64,000 nt of DNA from Meiothermus sp. (GCA_033762915.1 JANRLD010000042.1:160001-224000), one strand, 5' to 3'. Shown: positions 9,188-19,029, counted from the first letter of the stretch. Numbers and translations: made by a program. The notes: generated by a model not told the origin, from the sequence alone.

Positions 9188-11659
9188 CTACTTGATCTGC
9201 CGGGTGATGGTGGGGTCGGTGATCTTGCCATCGGCGGCCAGCAGGAAGGCTTTGGAGAGAATCACCGACAACGTGCGGTCGCCCTCGAAAGGCAGGAAGA
9301 CCGGACTCGAGACCTCGCTGCTTTGGCTGGGCACGATGCAAAGGTACTGGTCGTTGGGCTCCATCAGGATGTTGCCCGAGCCCAGGTGAATCTTGTAGGT
9401 CCGGAGGCTGCCCCGCACCTTCAGGAAGCAGCCCTCGAGTTCGCACTGCCCGGCGATCTTCAGGCGGGGCAGCAGGCGCGAGAGCAGTTCCTTGCGGGTC
9501 TGGGCGCTGGCGCTCAGCTCGCCGAAGCTGTAGGACTGCCAGTAGTCGCGGTAGCGCCCCTGTGGCCCGCCATCCTGCCAGGTGGGGTCGTTGCCGACGC
9601 TGCACACGCCCACGAACAGGTCCACGTCGCGCATGACCTCGGAGAAAACCAGCGGGGGGATTTGCTCCAAGGGGATTGGGTCAGGCAGCCGTGCCCAGCC
9701 CGCCGGTGGTGTCCCTTGGTTATGATTGACGCGGAAGAATCGCATTTGGTCTGTGGTGACGAGGTTATACACGCTACCGCTCACCTCGTCGTCAGCCTCC
9801 ACAGGTTCTACCCAAAATTCCACCCGCAATCCATGCCCAGGCAAATCCAGGCAAGGGGTATTATGGCTGTCCCAGCGCCCCATCAAGCTGTATCTCCAGT
9901 TCCGCTGTTGGGCTAAAGCGTGGAACTGGTGCTGACGGATTACGTGGGCCGCAAAACGGTTGGAGTAGGTCTGAGTGTGTCGTTCTGCATCCGTGAGCAG
10001 ATAAATCTCACGGTAGGCCTGCTTGAAGGGTTGGGTGATTTCGTTCCTCTCAAGGAACTCTCTCCAGACCAGAACCTTAGAGGCAGGGCTGAAAACCGGA
10101 TGCCAAGGTGAGACAGTTGTGGCAGAGTCGAGTGAATCCAGAGGATGCCCTTGCGCATCTACGAACTGACCACCGAGCCAGACACCTGCTCGAGCCTGCT
10201 CCCCCGATCCGAGCCGCCAGATCAAACGGTGGGCCAGATACGACATCAGTTGGTGCTCGAGGTAGCGCTCTTTGAAGGTCGAGTAGCTCCAGCAGCGCCC
10301 GGACACCGCCAAGCGTTCCAGGCGATCGCGCTGAGCGTTCAGGGCCTTACCGATGGCATCCGTTAGCTGGAGCAATGCCTTGTACTCGGCTTTATGGCTA
10401 CGCTTGACCTCAGCCGGCACCGACTTACGCTGCCTGTCTTGAGCGTCAAACCAACTGACCGTAGCACCCAAACCGCTCAGGTTAATCCAGGCGTGGAATT
10501 CCCCGAAATCCACCCGACGTTTGCCCTCGACGAGATCAAATTTCGGAACACCCAATTCCTCGAGATCTTCTTTAGATAGACCTGACCTCACCGCCGCCTG
10601 AGCCATTGCTTTTTCAACGTAAGCTCTCTGTGAGGGTTTTTTCAGTACTTGTCTTAGGCGCTCGAGCTGCCCAACACCCCACAGGTTGGGCATCGCCGAC
10701 AGGGCTGCCACGCATGCGTTACCCACCTTGGTAGAGCGGGCCCCAATATTGCGAATCTTTCTGAAGCTCGCAAGCGCCGCAGTTCCCACAGCTACGGAGG
10801 CATCGAGCCTGGTCAGAACAGTGCATGACCAAACCAACCCCTTCAGTAAGTCTGCGTTCTGCTCGCCGACGATCGCTCCACCTCTGGGTTGGTAGTTGAA
10901 GGCGGGCTCGTAGACTGCAGGCTCTCCTGAGGTGTTCTGGAGAAAGCCAAGCCATCGTGAAACGTGTGCGTAAAACGCTTGCTCCCCTACCGTTCCAACC
11001 AGCCGTTCGGCCTTCTTTAGCCAGGCCTTCGACGGATTGGCTGACCCTATATTCGAGCAGAGGGCAAATAGCTCCAAACTCCACTCGCTTTCCTCAGGCG
11101 GCAAGTTTTGCAGGTCGGTCGTCATTTGCGCGCCCCAGTCGTCTATGTCGAACACCGAGGAGAGAGCGTCGTTTGCCAGTAACGCGTCCACTAAGCGAAT
11201 GCAAAGACGCATTTCGTTGGTGTCAGATTGGTTTAAAGCTGTTTGTCGAATTCGGGTCAAATCCTCTCGAACAGAAGGGGCTAAGTTCTCTTTGTCGAAT
11301 CGGTTGAGAAGACTCTCGAGCAAACCAAATGTGAGGAGTTCGGGTGCTGTGCTAGCTAGCTGATTGAGAAGTTGTGCAGTTTGTTCGGTCGGAAGATGAT
11401 TGAGAGACTTGGATAACTGATTATGCAAATCGTATAGGGTGCTGAACACCTTCCACGAGTCGTCCATTACTTCGCCCAATCCCAACATGATTGGGCTCAA
11501 CTGCTTGATGGCGATAACGCGAACGATGGGCGCAGAATCCAGCAAAAAACGGGCCGACGGATAGCGCTCAAAACTCAAATCGAGGCTTAGCCCAGAGGGA
11601 TTTTGATTAACTTCTTCAAGCAGTTTACCGAGGTGGCTCGCTACCTCTCGAGCGTCCAT
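9188..11659 (-). CDS. DUF4132 domain protein
   Basis: QRDRLE, RLIW, WHP, QPFKQAYRE, FSEVMRDVDLF and YKIHLGSGNI motifs as recalled for DUF4132 proteins. Confidence 0.8.
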   Translation of the reverse strand: MDAREVASHLGKLLEEVNQNPSGLSLDLSFERYPSARFLLDSAPIVRVIAIKQLSPIMLGLGEVMDDSWKVFSTLYDLHNQLSKSLNHLPTEQTAQLLNQLASTAPELLTFGLLESLLNRFDKENLAPSVREDLTRIRQTALNQSDTNEMRLCIRLVDALLANDALSSVFDIDDWGAQMTTDLQNLPPEESEWSLELFALCSNIGSANPSKAWLKKAERLVGTVGEQAFYAHVSRWLGFLQNTSGEPAVYEPAFNYQPRGGAIVGEQNADLLKGLVWSCTVLTRLDASVAVGTAALASFRKIRNIGARSTKVGNACVAALSAMPNLWGVGQLERLRQVLKKPSQRAYVEKAMAQAAVRSGLSKEDLEELGVPKFDLVEGKRRVDFGEFHAWINLSGLGATVSWFDAQDRQRKSVPAEVKRSHKAEYKALLQLTDAIGKALNAQRDRLERLAVSGRCWSYSTFKERYLEHQLMSYLAHRLIWRLGSGEQARAGVWLGGQFVDAQGHPLDSLDSATTVSPWHPVFSPASKVLVWREFLERNEITQPFKQAYREIYLLTDAERHTQTYSNRFAAHVIRQHQFHALAQQRNWRYSLMGRWDSHNTPCLDLPGHGLRVEFWVEPVEADDEVSGSVYNLVTTDQMRFFRVNHNQGTPPAGWARLPDPIPLEQIPPLVFSEVMRDVDLFVGVCSVGNDPTWQDGGPQGRYRDYWQSYSFGELSASAQTRKELLSRLLPRLKIAGQCELEGCFLKVRGSLRTYKIHLGSGNILMEPNDQYLCIVPSQSSEVSSPVFLPFEGDRTLSVILSKAFLLAADGKITDPTITRQIK

Positions 11660-12049
11660 CTACCCACCCACCAATGGAACCAGCTTCAAGAACGTCACCT
11701 CGGTGCCGGTCTTCAGCTCAATGCGTGCGTCCAAATCGTCCACCTGACGGTCGTCCACCAGCACCACAAACCCCAGCCGCTCGAAGGCCTCGAGCGCCTT
11801 CGCGCACTGCGCCTCCCAGTCCAGCTTGCGCCCCGGCTTCAGGCGGTAGCCGTTGAGGGTCTGCTCAGCATCAGTGGGTTGCACCAAGCCCCGGAAATGC
11901 TCGACCTGCCGGGCGTTGAACTCCTTGACCTCCTCGTAGACCCGGCGGCGGATGAACTCGCGCAGGGTGAGGGTTTCGTCGAGGAACTCGAGGGTCCAAT
12001 TGTTCTTCCGGCCGGTCGTCGTTTCGTCCACTATCGTTACGGTCGCCAT
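11660..12049 (-). CDS. Ubiquitin-like (beta-grasp) protein with C-terminal diglycine
   Basis: Ends FVVLVDDRQVDDLDARIELKTGTEVTFLKLVPLVGG-stop (ThiS/MoaD-like tail); GAGGTG RBS; stop codon abuts the DUF4132 ATG. Confidence 0.7.
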   Translation of the reverse strand: MATVTIVDETTTGRKNNWTLEFLDETLTLREFIRRRVYEEVKEFNARQVEHFRGLVQPTDAEQTLNGYRLKPGRKLDWEAQCAKALEAFERLGFVVLVDDRQVDDLDARIELKTGTEVTFLKLVPLVGG

Positions 12050-12068
12050 CCTGTTCACCTCGAGTTCA

Positions 12069-12113
12069 TTATGTTCTTAGCATAAATTGTACTCGAGACC
12101 GGGGCAAAGTCAA
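12069..12113 (-). promoter_or_regulatory. Sigma70-type promoter with a 17-bp RDRM-like operator
   Basis: Minus strand TTGACT-N16-TACAAT followed directly by the palindrome TTATGTTCTTAGCATAA (12069-12085, plus strand). Confidence 0.7.
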
Positions 12114-12125
12114 GCCAGAATGACC

Positions 12126-13121
12126 CTAACGCGGTGGAATCAGCGCTTCTAGGAGCGGTTTGCGCCACTCGTCCATCAGGCGGTCGTAGGCCCCGAAGCC
12201 CGCGCCGAACTCCCAGTAGGCCCAGCTGAAGCCGCGCTTCTCGAGTTCCGAGCGCACGAAGGCTGTCCAGGCCACGCGGCTGGCGGGGTCGGCCTTGGAG
12301 TAGGAGCCGAACTCGCCCACGTAGATGGGTCGGTTGTTCTGCTGGCCCCACTGCTGGGCCTTGTCGAGGGTCTGGCGCATACGGGCCTGGTCGTCGGCGC
12401 TGGGGAACCGCCGGCCCACCGGGGGGGCGGGATTGACCCACTCCGCACCCTGGTGGGTGAACTCGAAGGGGTCGTAGAAGTGGACGGTCACGATCAGGTT
12501 GGGGTCGGCGGGGAGGGTCAGCCGGTCGAGGTGGGTGACGTTGTTCCACCAGACCGGCCCCACGATCACTGCCCGGGTGGGGTTGGTCTGGCGCACGGTC
12601 GCCAGGGCCTTGGGCAGCAGGGCGTTCCAGAGGGCGGGGTCGTCGTTGAACTTGCCGTGCGGCTCGTTGAGCAGCTCGAAGAGGACGGTGGCGGGCTGGC
12701 TCTTGTAGCGCTCGGCCAACTGCCGCCAGATGGCCAGGTAGCGGGCCTCCTCGGCGGCGGGGTTGGCGTTGAGGGGGTCGTGGTGGTGGAGGTTGAGCAC
12801 CACCCGCAGCCCGCGCTGGGTGGCCTGAGCGATGGCCCAGTCCACCCGGGCCAAGAACTCCGGCCGGATGGCGTGGGGCGGGCTGCCGGCGGCGTGGTGG
12901 GTCCAGCTCACCGGCAGGCGGAGGTGGTTGAAGCCGGCCTGCTTGACCAGATCGAAGTAGCGCTCTTCCAGCCGCAGCCCCCAGGCCCCCTCCGAGGGGG
13001 CCTCGAGGGCGTTGCCGAAGTTGATCCCGCGCCCCAGCAGGCGGTTTTGCTCGAGGATGTTCTGCGCTAGAGCCATGTTCAATGCCCCCACGACGATCAG
13101 GCCGGCCATAAAAAATTTCAT
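12126..13121 (-). CDS. Glycoside hydrolase family 5 endoglucanase, secreted
   Basis: GINFGNALEAP.EG.WG, FELLNEP (acid/base), HFYDPFEFTHQG, VGEFG (nucleophile), WAYW. Confidence 0.92.
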   Translation of the reverse strand: MKFFMAGLIVVGALNMALAQNILEQNRLLGRGINFGNALEAPSEGAWGLRLEERYFDLVKQAGFNHLRLPVSWTHHAAGSPPHAIRPEFLARVDWAIAQATQRGLRVVLNLHHHDPLNANPAAEEARYLAIWRQLAERYKSQPATVLFELLNEPHGKFNDDPALWNALLPKALATVRQTNPTRAVIVGPVWWNNVTHLDRLTLPADPNLIVTVHFYDPFEFTHQGAEWVNPAPPVGRRFPSADDQARMRQTLDKAQQWGQQNNRPIYVGEFGSYSKADPASRVAWTAFVRSELEKRGFSWAYWEFGAGFGAYDRLMDEWRKPLLEALIPPR

Positions 13122-13431
13122 GGGCTTAGTGTATTGGGTTGGGCCTGGTTTTGGGGCTTGTCGCGTTTCCCACCCTAACCTCCCTCGCGGCGGCAGGTAA
13201 TGACTCCTTCCAGCAAAAACCGCTGTAGGGAGGTGCGTGGGAACCGCTCTAAGCCGGGAAGGGTCAGGCCCAGCCCCACTTGTCCGCGACAGCCCAGTGC
13301 CCCAACCTACCGCAACCCACCAGAGGAGCCGTCCTTGATGCGCTTGTTACCGGCGCATGCATCCCCCGACCCTGCCCCAAGACACTATGAAAAACAAAGC
13401 ACGATGCTACCTTCGAGGCAGGGTGAGCACT

Positions 13432-13827
13432 ATGCCAGTAAACGGGGCCGCACAACAAGTCGAGGAAACCCTAACCCAGTGGGAGGGCGTCGAGGCCGTA
13501 CCGCACCGTTTTGGCGGGCGGGAGTATCGGATCGGGAAGCGGGAACTCGGGCACATCCACGGCGACAGGCTGGTGGACATTCCCTTCCCAATCAGGGTGC
13601 GCGACGAGGTGGTGGCGGCTGGGCTGGCCGAGCGCCACCACATTCTGCCCGACAGCGGCTGGGTTTCCAAATGGCTGCGCGTCCCCGAAGACGTAGCAAC
13701 TGCCCTCGAGCTGCTCAGGCGCTCTTACCAGCTGGCGCTCGAGCAGAAGGCCCGCCGCGAACTCAGGGCAGCAGGGAGTTCAGCTGGCCGACCAGATGCT
13801 GCCACTGAGCCAGCGCATCGGGGCTGA
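13432..13827 (+). CDS. DUF5519 / luciferase-like domain protein
   Basis: PHRFGGREY..ELGHIHG..LVDIPFP..HHILPDSGWVS. Confidence 0.75.
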   Translation: MPVNGAAQQVEETLTQWEGVEAVPHRFGGREYRIGKRELGHIHGDRLVDIPFPIRVRDEVVAAGLAERHHILPDSGWVSKWLRVPEDVATALELLRRSYQLALEQKARRELRAAGSSAGRPDAATEPAHRG

Positions 13828-14081
13828 AATTGGGCGCGGTGATCAGCACCGCCAGCAGGGTCAGACGCAATACTTTCTGCAGCATGGCTGCCTCCGTGCG
13901 TTCCTCAATTCTGACTATAACAGAACATGCCCCGACAATTCAACTCGAGCCTTCATGTATTTGAGAACTTTTTGGTTAAGTATTGCGGCATAATGGCCGA
14001 GCCTGGGGCTCACTCGAGTACTCCCTGGCAGGTTTTCTCCTCCGAACCCACCTCAACGCGCCGCTACGTCCAAGGAAAACT

Positions 14082-14723
14082 ATGTCGCCGAACCTTAAAC
14101 GCACCACCGAAGAACTTTGGAACACCCTCACCCACGGCGTTGGCGCCGTCGCCAGTGTGGCGGCGGGGGCGGTATTGATCGTGTTCGCCTCGCTCTACGG
14201 CAACGCCACGCAGATCGTGGGGGCCTCGGTATTTGTGGCGGCCCTGGTTCTGCTGTATACCGCCTCGGCGGTGTACCACGGGGTGCTGCACCCGCTATGG
14301 AAGCGGCGGCTCGAGATCCTCGACCACAGCGCCATCTATGTGCTGATCGCGGGCACCTACACCCCCTTCCTGCTGGTCACGCTCAACGGCCCCTGGGGCT
14401 GGAGCCTGTTCGGGGTGGTGTGGGGGCTGGCGGTGGTGGGGATCGGGTTCAAGCTGTTCTTCACCGGGCGCTTCGAGCTGGTCTCGACCCTGATCTACGT
14501 GCTGATGGGCTGGCTGATCGTTGTCGCGATCCAGCCCCTAATGGCCTCCATCTCGGCCTGGGGAATGGCCTGGCTGGTGGCGGGCGGGCTGGCCTATACG
14601 GCAGGCACCTTCTTCTACCTGAACAAGAAGATGCGCTTCGCCCACCCCGTCTGGCACCTCTTTGTGCTGGCCGGGAGCGTCTGCCACTTCGTGTCGGTCT
14701 GGTCGCAGGTGGTGCCGGGCTGA
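14082..14723 (+). CDS. Hemolysin III / PAQR family membrane protein
   Basis: EE.WN..THG, DHSAIYVLIAGTYTP, H..WHLFV. Confidence 0.92.
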   Translation: MSPNLKRTTEELWNTLTHGVGAVASVAAGAVLIVFASLYGNATQIVGASVFVAALVLLYTASAVYHGVLHPLWKRRLEILDHSAIYVLIAGTYTPFLLVTLNGPWGWSLFGVVWGLAVVGIGFKLFFTGRFELVSTLIYVLMGWLIVVAIQPLMASISAWGMAWLVAGGLAYTAGTFFYLNKKMRFAHPVWHLFVLAGSVCHFVSVWSQVVPG

Positions 14724-14853
14724 GCTGGCCTTCTCGACAGGCCCTGCGAACGCCGGCCGGTTGAGGCCCGCTTGAAGCGGCCTTCGGGCCCGACCAGCGG
14801 TCACCTTTCCATCGGCTGGCACCGCTCCGGGTAACATAGCGCTGGGTGGCAGG

Positions 14854-17838
14854 GTGAACCGACTGGCGCTGCACTTACTGGGAAACCCGTACCTCGAGTC
14901 GGGCGGTGAGCGCATCGCCTTGGCTACCCGCAAGGCCCTGGCGCTGCTGGCCTACGTCGCGGTGGAGCGCCACGGGGCCAGCCGCGCCGAGCTGGCCGGC
15001 CTGCTGTGGCCGGAGAACCCCGAGGATCAAGCCAGAGCCAGCCTGCGCCAGGAACTCAGTCGGCTGAGCCAGCACATGGGCGAGGCGCTGCAAAAGCCCA
15101 GCCAGCAGGTGCTCCGGCTTTCCCCCGAACAGATCGACATAGACCTCTGGGCCTTCCAGGACGCCCTCGAGGCCAGCGACTACAAACAGGCCATCGCCCT
15201 GTACCGCGGCTCCTTCCTCCAGGGCCTGCATCTGCGCGACTCGGGCGAGTTCGAGAGCTGGCAGCAGCAGGTGCGGGAAAACCTGGCCCAGCACTACCTC
15301 GAGGCGCTCTACGCCCAGGCGGGCCTCGAGGAGGTGGGCGGCAATTCCGCCCAGGCCGTCGCCCTGCACCGCCAGGCCATCGCGGCCGACCCCCTGGCCG
15401 AGCGCCACTACCAGGCCGCGATTCGGATTCTGCGGGCTCAGGGCGATCAGGCAGGCGCCCTGCGCCTGCAGCAGACCTTGGGCCGGGCGCTCAACGAGGA
15501 ATTGGGCCTGGGCAAGGACCCTGCCGCGTCCCCTTCGCCCCCCGAACCCCCCGCCCCGCTCCGCCCGCCGCCCGCGCTCTCGGCGCTGGTCGGGCGCGCC
15601 CGGGAAATCGCCGACATCCTCGAGCTGCTGGCCCGCCCCGACTGCCGCCTCCTCAACCTGCTGGGGCCGGGCGGGATCGGCAAGACCCGCGTGGCCCAAG
15701 CGCTGGCGCAGGAGGTCAAGGACTCGAGGGTTTTGTGGGCGGCCCCCGGCGGCCGTGCCCTGTTGCCCGCGCTGATCGAGGGCCTGGGCCTGCAGCTGCG
15801 GGGGCAGGGCAACGCCCTCGAGGCCGTGGCCCATCAGCTCCGCGGCGAGCCGACCCTGCTGATCCTCGACGAGGCCGAGGAACTGCAAGAGGCGGGGGAA
15901 CTCGAGGGACTTCTGCGCGCTGCGCCGGGGCTCAAGGTCGTGCTGACCTCGAGGGTACGCTTCCGGCTGCGCAGCGAGTGGGTCTACGAGGTGCGGGGCC
16001 TCGAGTTCCCCGAGGAAGACCGCCTGATCCAGCGCAGCCAAGCCGCCGAACTCTTCCGCCGCTGTGCCCTCCGGGCCGACCCTCACTTCAGCCCTACGCC
16101 CGAAGACTGGGCCGCTGTGGCCCGTATCTGCCGGCTGCTCTCCGGGTTGCCGCTGGGCCTCGAGCTGGCTGCTGCCCTGACCCGCGTGATGAGCTGCCGC
16201 GAGATAGCCGAGCAGCTGGGCCAGGACCTGGGGCTGCTCGAGGGCGGCCTCTCTGACCTTTCCCTGCGCCACAGCAGCCTGAGCGGGGTGCTGGAGAGCA
16301 GCCTGGCCCGACTCGAGCCGGGCCATCGGCAAACCCTGGTCAACCTCGCGGTCTTCGAGACGGCCTTCGGGCTCGAGGCCGCCAAGGCCGTGGCGGGCGC
16401 GACCCCGCAGGCGCTGGGCGTCCTGCTCGACCGGGCCCTGCTGCAAAAGCAGCCCGAGGGCTACCGCATCCTGACCGTCATTCGCCAGCACCTCTTGCCC
16501 CAGGTGCCTGCCGGCGTGCGCCAAGCCCACGCAGAGTTCTTTGCCCGCCAGCTCAAATCCCACGAGCAGGGGATGCGCGGGGGAAACCAGGGTGGCGCGC
16601 TCCCGCTGTTCACCCGCCAGTTCGCCGACCTCAGGGCCGCCTGGAACTGGGCCGTCGCCGGCGCCAAAGACGAAATCGCCCTCGAGATGATCGACGGCCT
16701 CTTCCTGATTTTCGAGCTGCGCGGCTGGTTCGGCGAGGGCGAGGCCATGATGGCCCGGGCCGCCGAGTGCCCCAACCCGCTGCTGCGGAGCCTGGCGCTG
16801 GGGCGGCAAGGGCGTTTGCAGTACCGCCTGGGCGAGGCGACCAAGGCCCAGCAATCCATCGAGCGGAGCCTGCAGGTCGGGCAGGGCGTGATCGACGGGT
16901 ACGAGACCGCCTTCGCCCTCAACAACCTGGGGATGGCCCACCTGGGGCTGGGGCAGGCGGCGCGGGCCAGGGAACTGTTCGGGCGGAGCCTCGAGATGCG
17001 CCGACAGCAGAACCGTCCCTGGGGCCTGGGCAACGCGCTGTACAACCTGGGCAGCGTGGCCCTGCTCCAGGGGGAGTTCGAGTCGGCCCAGGGCTATTTC
17101 CAGGAGTCGCTGGAGGTCTACCGCGGCCTGGGCGACCTGCGCGGCATCAGCCTGGCGCTGGCCGGGCTGGGCCAGGCCTGGACTTCGCTGGGCGAGTACG
17201 CCCTGGCCAAGGAGATGTTCCGCCAGAGCCTCTCCTACGGCGAGCAATTGGCCGACCCCTTTGCCGAGGCCAACGCCCACCTGGGCCTGGGCACCGTTGC
17301 GGGCATCGAGCGGCGCAACGAGGAGTGCCAGGCCCACCTGCAGACCAGCCTCGAGGCCGCCTACCAGACCGGCGACGCCGTGACCATCGGGCGGGCGCTG
17401 GTAGGGCTGGGCCGCTTGGCCATGCGCGACGAGAAGCCCGAGCGGGGTTACAAGCTGCACCGCCAGGCCCTCGAGCGCTTCCAGGGCAGCCGCTACCCCT
17501 GGGGCGAGGTGCTGGCCCACGTCCACCTGGGGCGCAGCTACCACCACGCGGGCGAGGCCGCCGAGAGCCGTGCCCACTACCGCATGGCCCTCGAGCAGGC
17601 CGCACGCCTCGGGGCCAAGCCCCTGATGCTGCGGGCGCTGGCCGGACTGCTGCCGACCTTGGAGGCCAGCTTCGCCGGGCCGATTGCGGCGATGATCGCC
17701 GGGCACCCCAGCGCCGAGGCGTGGGTGCGGGAAGAGGCGAAGTTGAGGGGGAAGAGGGAAGAGCCAGGAGGGAAGAAAGGGAGGGCGAAGGTGGTGGGGC
17801 TCGAGGAGGCGGTGGAGATCGCCCTAAGGGCCCTTTGA
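14854..17838 (+). CDS. BTAD/SARP regulator with NB-ARC-like ATPase and TPR repeats
   Basis: LHLLGNP, DPLAE, GPGGIGKT, VLTSR, GLPLGLELAA, multiple TPRs. Confidence 0.88.
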   Translation: MNRLALHLLGNPYLESGGERIALATRKALALLAYVAVERHGASRAELAGLLWPENPEDQARASLRQELSRLSQHMGEALQKPSQQVLRLSPEQIDIDLWAFQDALEASDYKQAIALYRGSFLQGLHLRDSGEFESWQQQVRENLAQHYLEALYAQAGLEEVGGNSAQAVALHRQAIAADPLAERHYQAAIRILRAQGDQAGALRLQQTLGRALNEELGLGKDPAASPSPPEPPAPLRPPPALSALVGRAREIADILELLARPDCRLLNLLGPGGIGKTRVAQALAQEVKDSRVLWAAPGGRALLPALIEGLGLQLRGQGNALEAVAHQLRGEPTLLILDEAEELQEAGELEGLLRAAPGLKVVLTSRVRFRLRSEWVYEVRGLEFPEEDRLIQRSQAAELFRRCALRADPHFSPTPEDWAAVARICRLLSGLPLGLELAAALTRVMSCREIAEQLGQDLGLLEGGLSDLSLRHSSLSGVLESSLARLEPGHRQTLVNLAVFETAFGLEAAKAVAGATPQALGVLLDRALLQKQPEGYRILTVIRQHLLPQVPAGVRQAHAEFFARQLKSHEQGMRGGNQGGALPLFTRQFADLRAAWNWAVAGAKDEIALEMIDGLFLIFELRGWFGEGEAMMARAAECPNPLLRSLALGRQGRLQYRLGEATKAQQSIERSLQVGQGVIDGYETAFALNNLGMAHLGLGQAARARELFGRSLEMRRQQNRPWGLGNALYNLGSVALLQGEFESAQGYFQESLEVYRGLGDLRGISLALAGLGQAWTSLGEYALAKEMFRQSLSYGEQLADPFAEANAHLGLGTVAGIERRNEECQAHLQTSLEAAYQTGDAVTIGRALVGLGRLAMRDEKPERGYKLHRQALERFQGSRYPWGEVLAHVHLGRSYHHAGEAAESRAHYRMALEQAARLGAKPLMLRALAGLLPTLEASFAGPIAAMIAGHPSAEAWVREEAKLRGKREEPGGKKGRAKVVGLEEAVEIALRAL

Positions 17839-17888
17839 GGGCCGGTTTTGGTAGGGCCGGCCAGCGATCCCTCCGGTTTTTCGTGTTG

Positions 17889-18186
17889 TATAATCTTCGA
17901 GTAGGGAAGAGTAGGCCGAGGTAGCACCGACAGGGAGAGCCGTTCACAGATTGAGAGACGGCTCAGGCTGCGCCCGACCGAACGTCGCCCGAAGCAGCAG
18001 TCACGGAAGAACGGGTTTGTGCCTCAGTAGAACCGTGCGGGTTCGCCCGAAACAGCGAGTTCGAGTGCTTGAGCAGGCGTGCATAGCCCATAGGTCAAGT
18101 CAGCTATCAGCCCCTCAAGAAGCGCGGTGGTAACGCGGGAACTTTTCTCGTCCGTGCAGCGAAAGCTGTGCGGCGTTTTTGTTTTG
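17889..18186 (+). promoter_or_regulatory. T-box riboswitch with Val (GTC) specifier and intrinsic terminator
   Basis: TATAAT at 17889; stem I AGGGAAGAGTAG..CAGGGAG..GATTGAGA..GAAC-GTC-GCCC; T-box AAGCGCGGTGGTAACGCG (18120-18137); hairpin plus T-run to 18186; valS lies downstream. Confidence 0.88.
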
Positions 18187-18234
18187 CCTTCAGCCGTTAG
18201 CCCTCAACGCTCAACCCCGTTGAAAGGAGCACCT

Positions 18235-19029
18235 ATGGCCTACCCGATAGACCCCCGCAACCCCTCCCTGCCCGAAGCCTGGAAGAAGCAGCCTGCGTAC
18301 GTTCTCGAGATAGCTACCCTGGTGCGACACCGGCCCGACAACTCCGAAGACGCGGAATGGAAGCTCGAGCAGCTCTTCCCTGGTTGGTATGTCAGCCACG
18401 ACATCAAGGAGGACTGGTTCGACCCCCTCGACGATGCCAGCGGCCCCGAGCAGTACGAAGCCATCTTCGCCAAACTGCCCGAGTTGCAATCCAGCTACCT
18501 CGAGCAGTGCGTCCAGAAGGCGGGCGAGTTTTTCCGCACCAACGACTTTCGCAAGGCCGAGGGATTGGCCAAACTCTTCGCCGGGCGCAGCGGCGGCTAC
18601 ATCACGCCTGAGCAGCGCCAGAGTTTGGTCTCGCAAATCAACACCCCCATTTTCCAGAGGGGCAGCGGTGCAATTCGGCAGGCCTTTGTTGAACTCGAGG
18701 GTGGCTTTGCGGTGGCGGGAGTGATTTTTCAAGAACTCGAGTACCCCACCTACATCACCCCGTTCGTGTCGGCTACCAATCCCGTCCTGACCCTGATTGG
18801 GCGCGAGGTGGTGGTCTGTAAAGATTTGGAATACGAAACTCCGCTGGCCCAAGGGCTGCTCGAGCTGGACGGCAACCGTCTAGTGGTGGGGAGTTGGAAT
18901 CAGGACTTCGGCGAGGCCGAGGTAGACGGAACGCCTTTCGAGGATGTGGAAATCAGCAGTAGCGGGGGCGGTTTCTTTATCTGTGAAAAGACCTCCTTCC
19001 AAACCTACTACGCCGAGGAAACCCCATGA
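18235..19029 (+). CDS. Hypothetical protein, paralog 1 of 3
   Basis: AAGGAG RBS; shares LPEAW, PGWYV, ATNP and GNRLVVGSW motifs with the next two ORFs. Confidence 0.8.
   Translation: MAYPIDPRNPSLPEAWKKQPAYVLEIATLVRHRPDNSEDAEWKLEQLFPGWYVSHDIKEDWFDPLDDASGPEQYEAIFAKLPELQSSYLEQCVQKAGEFFRTNDFRKAEGLAKLFAGRSGGYITPEQRQSLVSQINTPIFQRGSGAIRQAFVELEGGFAVAGVIFQELEYPTYITPFVSATNPVLTLIGREVVVCKDLEYETPLAQGLLELDGNRLVVGSWNQDFGEAEVDGTPFEDVEISSSGGGFFICEKTSFQTYYAEETP

Noticed and set aside
11660..12049. Ordinary ThiS/MoaD sulfur carrier
   Set aside because: Much longer than typical carriers and has no cofactor-biosynthesis neighbours; kept as a Ubl of unknown role.
14875..17706. 943-aa minus-strand ORF (also 3399-4643, 4869-6326, 39216-41096 and 45218-47113)
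   Set aside because: Antisense shadows of well-supported genes in high-GC DNA, with no recognisable motifs.
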